From Armatimonadota bacterium (GTDB lineage Bacteria; Armatimonadota; Armatimonadia; Armatimonadales; Armatimonadaceae), in NCBI GenBank assembly GCA_043754515.1, contig JAYUUO010000198.1, positions 1 through 10,244 on the forward strand: DNA of 10,244 nucleotides, read 5' to 3'. Positions 7,793 through 10,244 of this stretch are shown here, one piece after another. Within the stretch, counting starts at the first letter, position 1, and each line of letters starts with the position of its first letter. The notes under the pieces were generated by a model. It ran no database searches, had not been told where the DNA came from, and was given only the letters and a program-made list of their open reading frames with translations. Position numbers and translations under genes: made by a program.

Positions 7793-8232
7793 TCAGTCGC
7801 GTTTCACCGCGCCCCATTCCTCATAAAATGCCAGTGGCGACGCGAACCGCGCCGCCTTCTCCGGATCGCAGGCGCGGGACATCAGACGGTATTGAGTAGC
7901 AGTGCCACGGAACGGGGCGCGGTCCAGCGTGCCGTTCCCGAAGTGTACCGCTAGTAATCGCCTCGGCGTGAACACCGTCGTACGCGAGTCAATCGTCGCG
8001 CCGAGCACGAACTCCTCGGGTGCCATGTAGCGAGTAGAACCGAACATGCGCCCTATGGTGTCCGCGAACGCGCTCCGGTGATAGTTGTCCAGGTCGCACA
8101 GGGTCAGACGGTTCGTGACGGAGCATAAATCAGAGAGCCATCGTAGAAATCAACGACGACGTAGTCTCGGACGGCGGGCAGAGCATGGACCGCGAGTACC
8201 GCGTCCAGTGCATTCGTCAAGATGAGTTCCAC
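7793..8232 (-). pseudogene. Ser/Thr protein kinase-like pseudogene (C-lobe only, frameshifted)
   Basis: One frame reads VELILTNALDAVLAVHALPAVRDYVVVDFYDGSLIY and stops at TGA 8106-8104. A one-base shift near 8123-8124 continues SVTNRLTLCDLDNYHRSAFADTIGRMFGSTRYMAPEEFVLGATIDSRTTVFT...RACDPEKAARF to TGA at 7795-7793. GSTRYMAPE is subdomain VIII, DFYDGS is at the catalytic-loop position and CDLD is at the DFG position. No Gly-rich loop or N-lobe is found upstream, and there is an in-frame TAA at 8304-8302. Confidence 0.8.
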
Positions 8233-8278
8233 CCGTGCTCGCCTCGTGTTCGGACTCGTAGGGCGCCTCGTTACCTCT

Positions 8279-8301
8279 CCCGGCTCCGCGAGGGAGCCGG
8301 G
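8279..8301. repeat. Perfect GC-rich hairpin, REP-like extragenic palindrome
   Basis: CCCGGCTCC-GCGAG-GGAGCCGGG forms a 9-bp perfect stem with a 5-nt loop and no U-tract on either side. It lies between divergent genes, so it is not positioned as a terminator. GTAG occurs at 8258-8261. The hairpin is certain, and the REP identity is inferred. Confidence 0.55.
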
Positions 8302-8362
8302 TTAGATCTCTTCGTAAGGCAACGAATCTCCCAAAGTTGGATGTCTAGCGGGGCAGTTCGCA

Positions 8363-8392
8363 TTGACGGGAGCGCGGACAAGCGGCTATAAT
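8363..8392 (+). promoter_or_regulatory. Sigma70-type promoter for pyk
   Basis: TTGACG (8363-8368), an 18-nt spacer and a perfect TATAAT (8387-8392), ending 48 bp before the pyk ATG. GAGG at 8425-8428 is a possible RBS. Confidence 0.8.
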
Positions 8393-8440
8393 ACCGGCGA
8401 ACGGTAGGAACCACTCCGTAAAGCGAGGCGACCCCCAAAT

Positions 8441-9901
8441 ATGCGGCGCACCAAAATTGTGTGTACGCTCGGACCGGCTGTAGATGACCCCGAAACGCTC
8501 ACGGCTCTCGTGACCGCTGGCCTCGACATCGCCCGACTTAACTTTTCCCACGGAACCTACGCCGAACACGAAACGCGATACCACGCGGTTCGCGAGGCTG
8601 GGCGCGTCGCCGGGCGGTGCCTCGCGGTGCTACAGGACCTGTCGGGGCCCAAGATCCGGGTCGGCATGGTCGCGGAAGGCACGCGCCTGCGCAAGGGTGC
8701 CCGCCTCATACTCACTTCCGAAAACGTGCTCGGCGACGAGGAGCGTGTTCACCTGCCCGTCCCCGCCCTGTTCGCCGCTGTCAAACCCGGATACCGACTC
8801 CTGCTCGACGACGGCAATCTGGAACTAGTGGCTGTCACGAACGACGGCTGGGAGATCCTCACCGAAGTAGTTTTTGGTGGTGTTCTCGGCTCCAAGAAGG
8901 GCATCTCCGCGCCCGAAGCACATCTCGACATTCCCGCCGTCACCGAGAAAGACGAGGCCGATGTCCGCTTCGGGCTTAAACTCGGCGTGGATTTCGTCGC
9001 GCTCTCGTTCGTGCAACATGCCGACGACGTGCGCCGCCTACGCGCCATCATGCGTGAGGAGGGGCGGCTCGCGCCGATCATCGCTAAGATCGAGATGCCG
9101 ATGGCAGTGCGCAATCTGGAGGCGATTCTGGACGAGGCGGACGGCGCGATGGTGGCACGCGGCGACCTAGGCGTCGAAATGCCCGTCGAGGAGGTGCCCC
9201 GCATCCAGAAGCAGATCATCCGCTCCTGTAACCACCGGGGCAAGCCCGTGATCACCGCGACGCAGATGCTCGACTCCATGATCCGCAATCCGCGCCCGAC
9301 CCGCGCCGAAGTCACTGATATCGCGAACGCGGTGCTAGACGGCACCGACGCGCTGATGCTATCCGGTGAGACGGCGGTGGGTGCCTACGCCGTGGAAGCG
9401 GTGGAGACGATGGCGCGTATCGCCTGCCGCGCCGAGGACGAAATGATGGACTTCAGCCGGGTATTCGAGGAGAAGCGGGCGCGCCACGGCAGGGATAATG
9501 TGACGGATGCTATCGGCGAGGCGGTCGCGACCATCGCGCACGACCGGCACGCGGCGGCGATCATTTGCTCGACCAGTAGCGGCGGCACGGCGCGCATCCT
9601 GTCGAAGTTCAAGCCGCGTTGCCCGATCCTCGCCGCGACCTCGAACGATTATGCCGAGCGGCAGATGATCCTCTCTTGGGGTGTCCACCCCCTGCGGGTC
9701 GGCTTCCCGGCGGACACCGACGAGATGATCGAGAACGCGGTCGGGGCGGCGGTCGAGGCGGGGCTGGTTCACGAGGGCGATCTGGTGGTCATCACGGCGG
9801 GCACGCCTGTCGGCATTCCTGGTAGCACCAACCTGATTAAGGTCCACACCGTAGGGCAATCACTCAAGCCCGCCGCTTCGCGCGGGGAGGTGGCCGCGTG
9901 A
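8441..9901 (+). CDS. pyk: Pyruvate kinase (486 aa)
   Basis: Motifs: RRTKIVCTLGPA, ARLNFSHG, QDLSGPKIR, LLLDDG, IIAKIE, MVARGDLGVE, VITATQMLDSM, PRPTRAEVTDIANAVLDGTDALMLSGETA and C-domain GDLVVITAG...GSTNLIKV. There is no C-terminal PEP-utiliser extension. Confidence 0.98.
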   Translation: MRRTKIVCTLGPAVDDPETLTALVTAGLDIARLNFSHGTYAEHETRYHAVREAGRVAGRCLAVLQDLSGPKIRVGMVAEGTRLRKGARLILTSENVLGDEERVHLPVPALFAAVKPGYRLLLDDGNLELVAVTNDGWEILTEVVFGGVLGSKKGISAPEAHLDIPAVTEKDEADVRFGLKLGVDFVALSFVQHADDVRRLRAIMREEGRLAPIIAKIEMPMAVRNLEAILDEADGAMVARGDLGVEMPVEEVPRIQKQIIRSCNHRGKPVITATQMLDSMIRNPRPTRAEVTDIANAVLDGTDALMLSGETAVGAYAVEAVETMARIACRAEDEMMDFSRVFEEKRARHGRDNVTDAIGEAVATIAHDRHAAAIICSTSSGGTARILSKFKPRCPILAATSNDYAERQMILSWGVHPLRVGFPADTDEMIENAVGAAVEAGLVHEGDLVVITAGTPVGIPGSTNLIKVHTVGQSLKPAASRGEVAA

Positions 9902-10244
9902 ACAACATACTGGCCACCACGAGCCGCCGCCGCCCGCCCCGGCGCGCCGGAAACTACTACGCGCGCATCGGCGGCGTCGCGGCGGCGGGCGTGATCGGCG
10001 CATACCTCGTCTGGGCGTTCGTAATGAAGGTGGTTCACCCGTACCAGGTGGGATGGAGCGTGGCGCGGGACCGGAAAAAGATTCAGGCCGAACTGGCCCG
10101 ACAGAACCGCCAGAACCGCCAGCTCGAAGCGCGGCTCGCCTACCTCAAGACACCCGACGGCGCGGAGACGGAGGCGCGGCGTGCTGGGTTCGCGCGTCCG
10201 GGGGAACTGATCTACCTGCTACGCCCGGTGAAGAATGGGCAGTA
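9898..10244 (+). CDS. ftsB: Septum formation initiator, FtsB/DivIC family (runs to window edge; not in ORF track)
   Basis: GTG at 9898 overlaps the pyk stop (GTGA), with GGAGG at 9886-9890. The 115 codons encode a basic N-tail (SRRRPPRR), one TM helix (IGGVAAAGVIGAYLVWAFVM), a coiled coil (IQAELARQNRQNRQLEARLAYL) and the signature ETEARRAGFARPGELIY. The window ends in-frame on TA, which may be the start of the stop codon. FtsL-like identity is not fully excluded. Confidence 0.8.
   Translation, partial: MNNILATTSRRRPPRRAGNYYARIGGVAAAGVIGAYLVWAFVMKVVHPYQVGWSVARDRKKIQAELARQNRQNRQLEARLAYLKTPDGAETEARRAGFARPGELIYLLRPVKNGQ

Noticed and set aside
7778..7794. 8-nt tandem repeat (GCGGAGTC x2) at the kinase stop
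   Set aside because: Two short copies in GC-rich DNA are not distinguishable from chance, and this is not a CRISPR or iteron array.
8279..8301. Rho-independent terminator
   Set aside because: There is no U-tract on either strand, and it lies between divergently oriented genes.
8230..8305. HDV-like ribozyme or group II intron 3' end (CCUCGCG loop and GGCGAG on the minus strand)
   Set aside because: No P1/P2 pseudoknot partners or domain V catalytic stem could be built. The sequence is explained by a simple hairpin.
8185..8584. ORFs 8185..8391 (+) and 8345..8584 (-)
   Set aside because: They overlap the kinase remnant, the pyk promoter or pyk itself, and show no coding features.
8749..9859. 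Minus-strand ORFs (198 aa, 166 aa) inside pyk
   Set aside because: They are antisense shadows of pyk.
10102..10122. 9-nt tandem repeat CAGAACCGC x2 in ftsB
   Set aside because: It is in frame (QNRQNRQ) and the heptad register (I, L, Q, N, L, L, L at 3/4 spacing) is intact. There is no sign of expansion or phase variation.

Overview
This is a high-GC bacterial chromosomal window, mostly housekeeping. On the + strand it carries the probable 3' end of an upstream gene, a membrane-anchored TPR-like protein, and priA (primosomal helicase). A minus-strand block follows, read right to left: a frameshifted, 5'-truncated Ser/Thr-kinase-like pseudogene; a 139-aa hypothetical protein; a secreted M14 zinc carboxypeptidase-family protein; and a DUF1778 (TacA/AtaR/KacA-type) antitoxin. 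The antitoxin has a palindromic operator, and its expected GNAT toxin appears reduced to a 17-codon stub. The + strand resumes with a near-consensus sigma70 promoter driving pyk (K+-independent signature), coupled by a GTGA overlap to an ftsB/divIC-like gene that the ORF track missed. I found no CRISPR array, rRNA, tRNA or transposase, and I cannot support a clearly novel multi-gene system. The best leads are the orphaned antitoxin with its retained operator, the pyk-ftsB coupling, and the kinase remnant truncated at a REP-like hairpin. All family assignments come from motif recognition by eye, not database searches.
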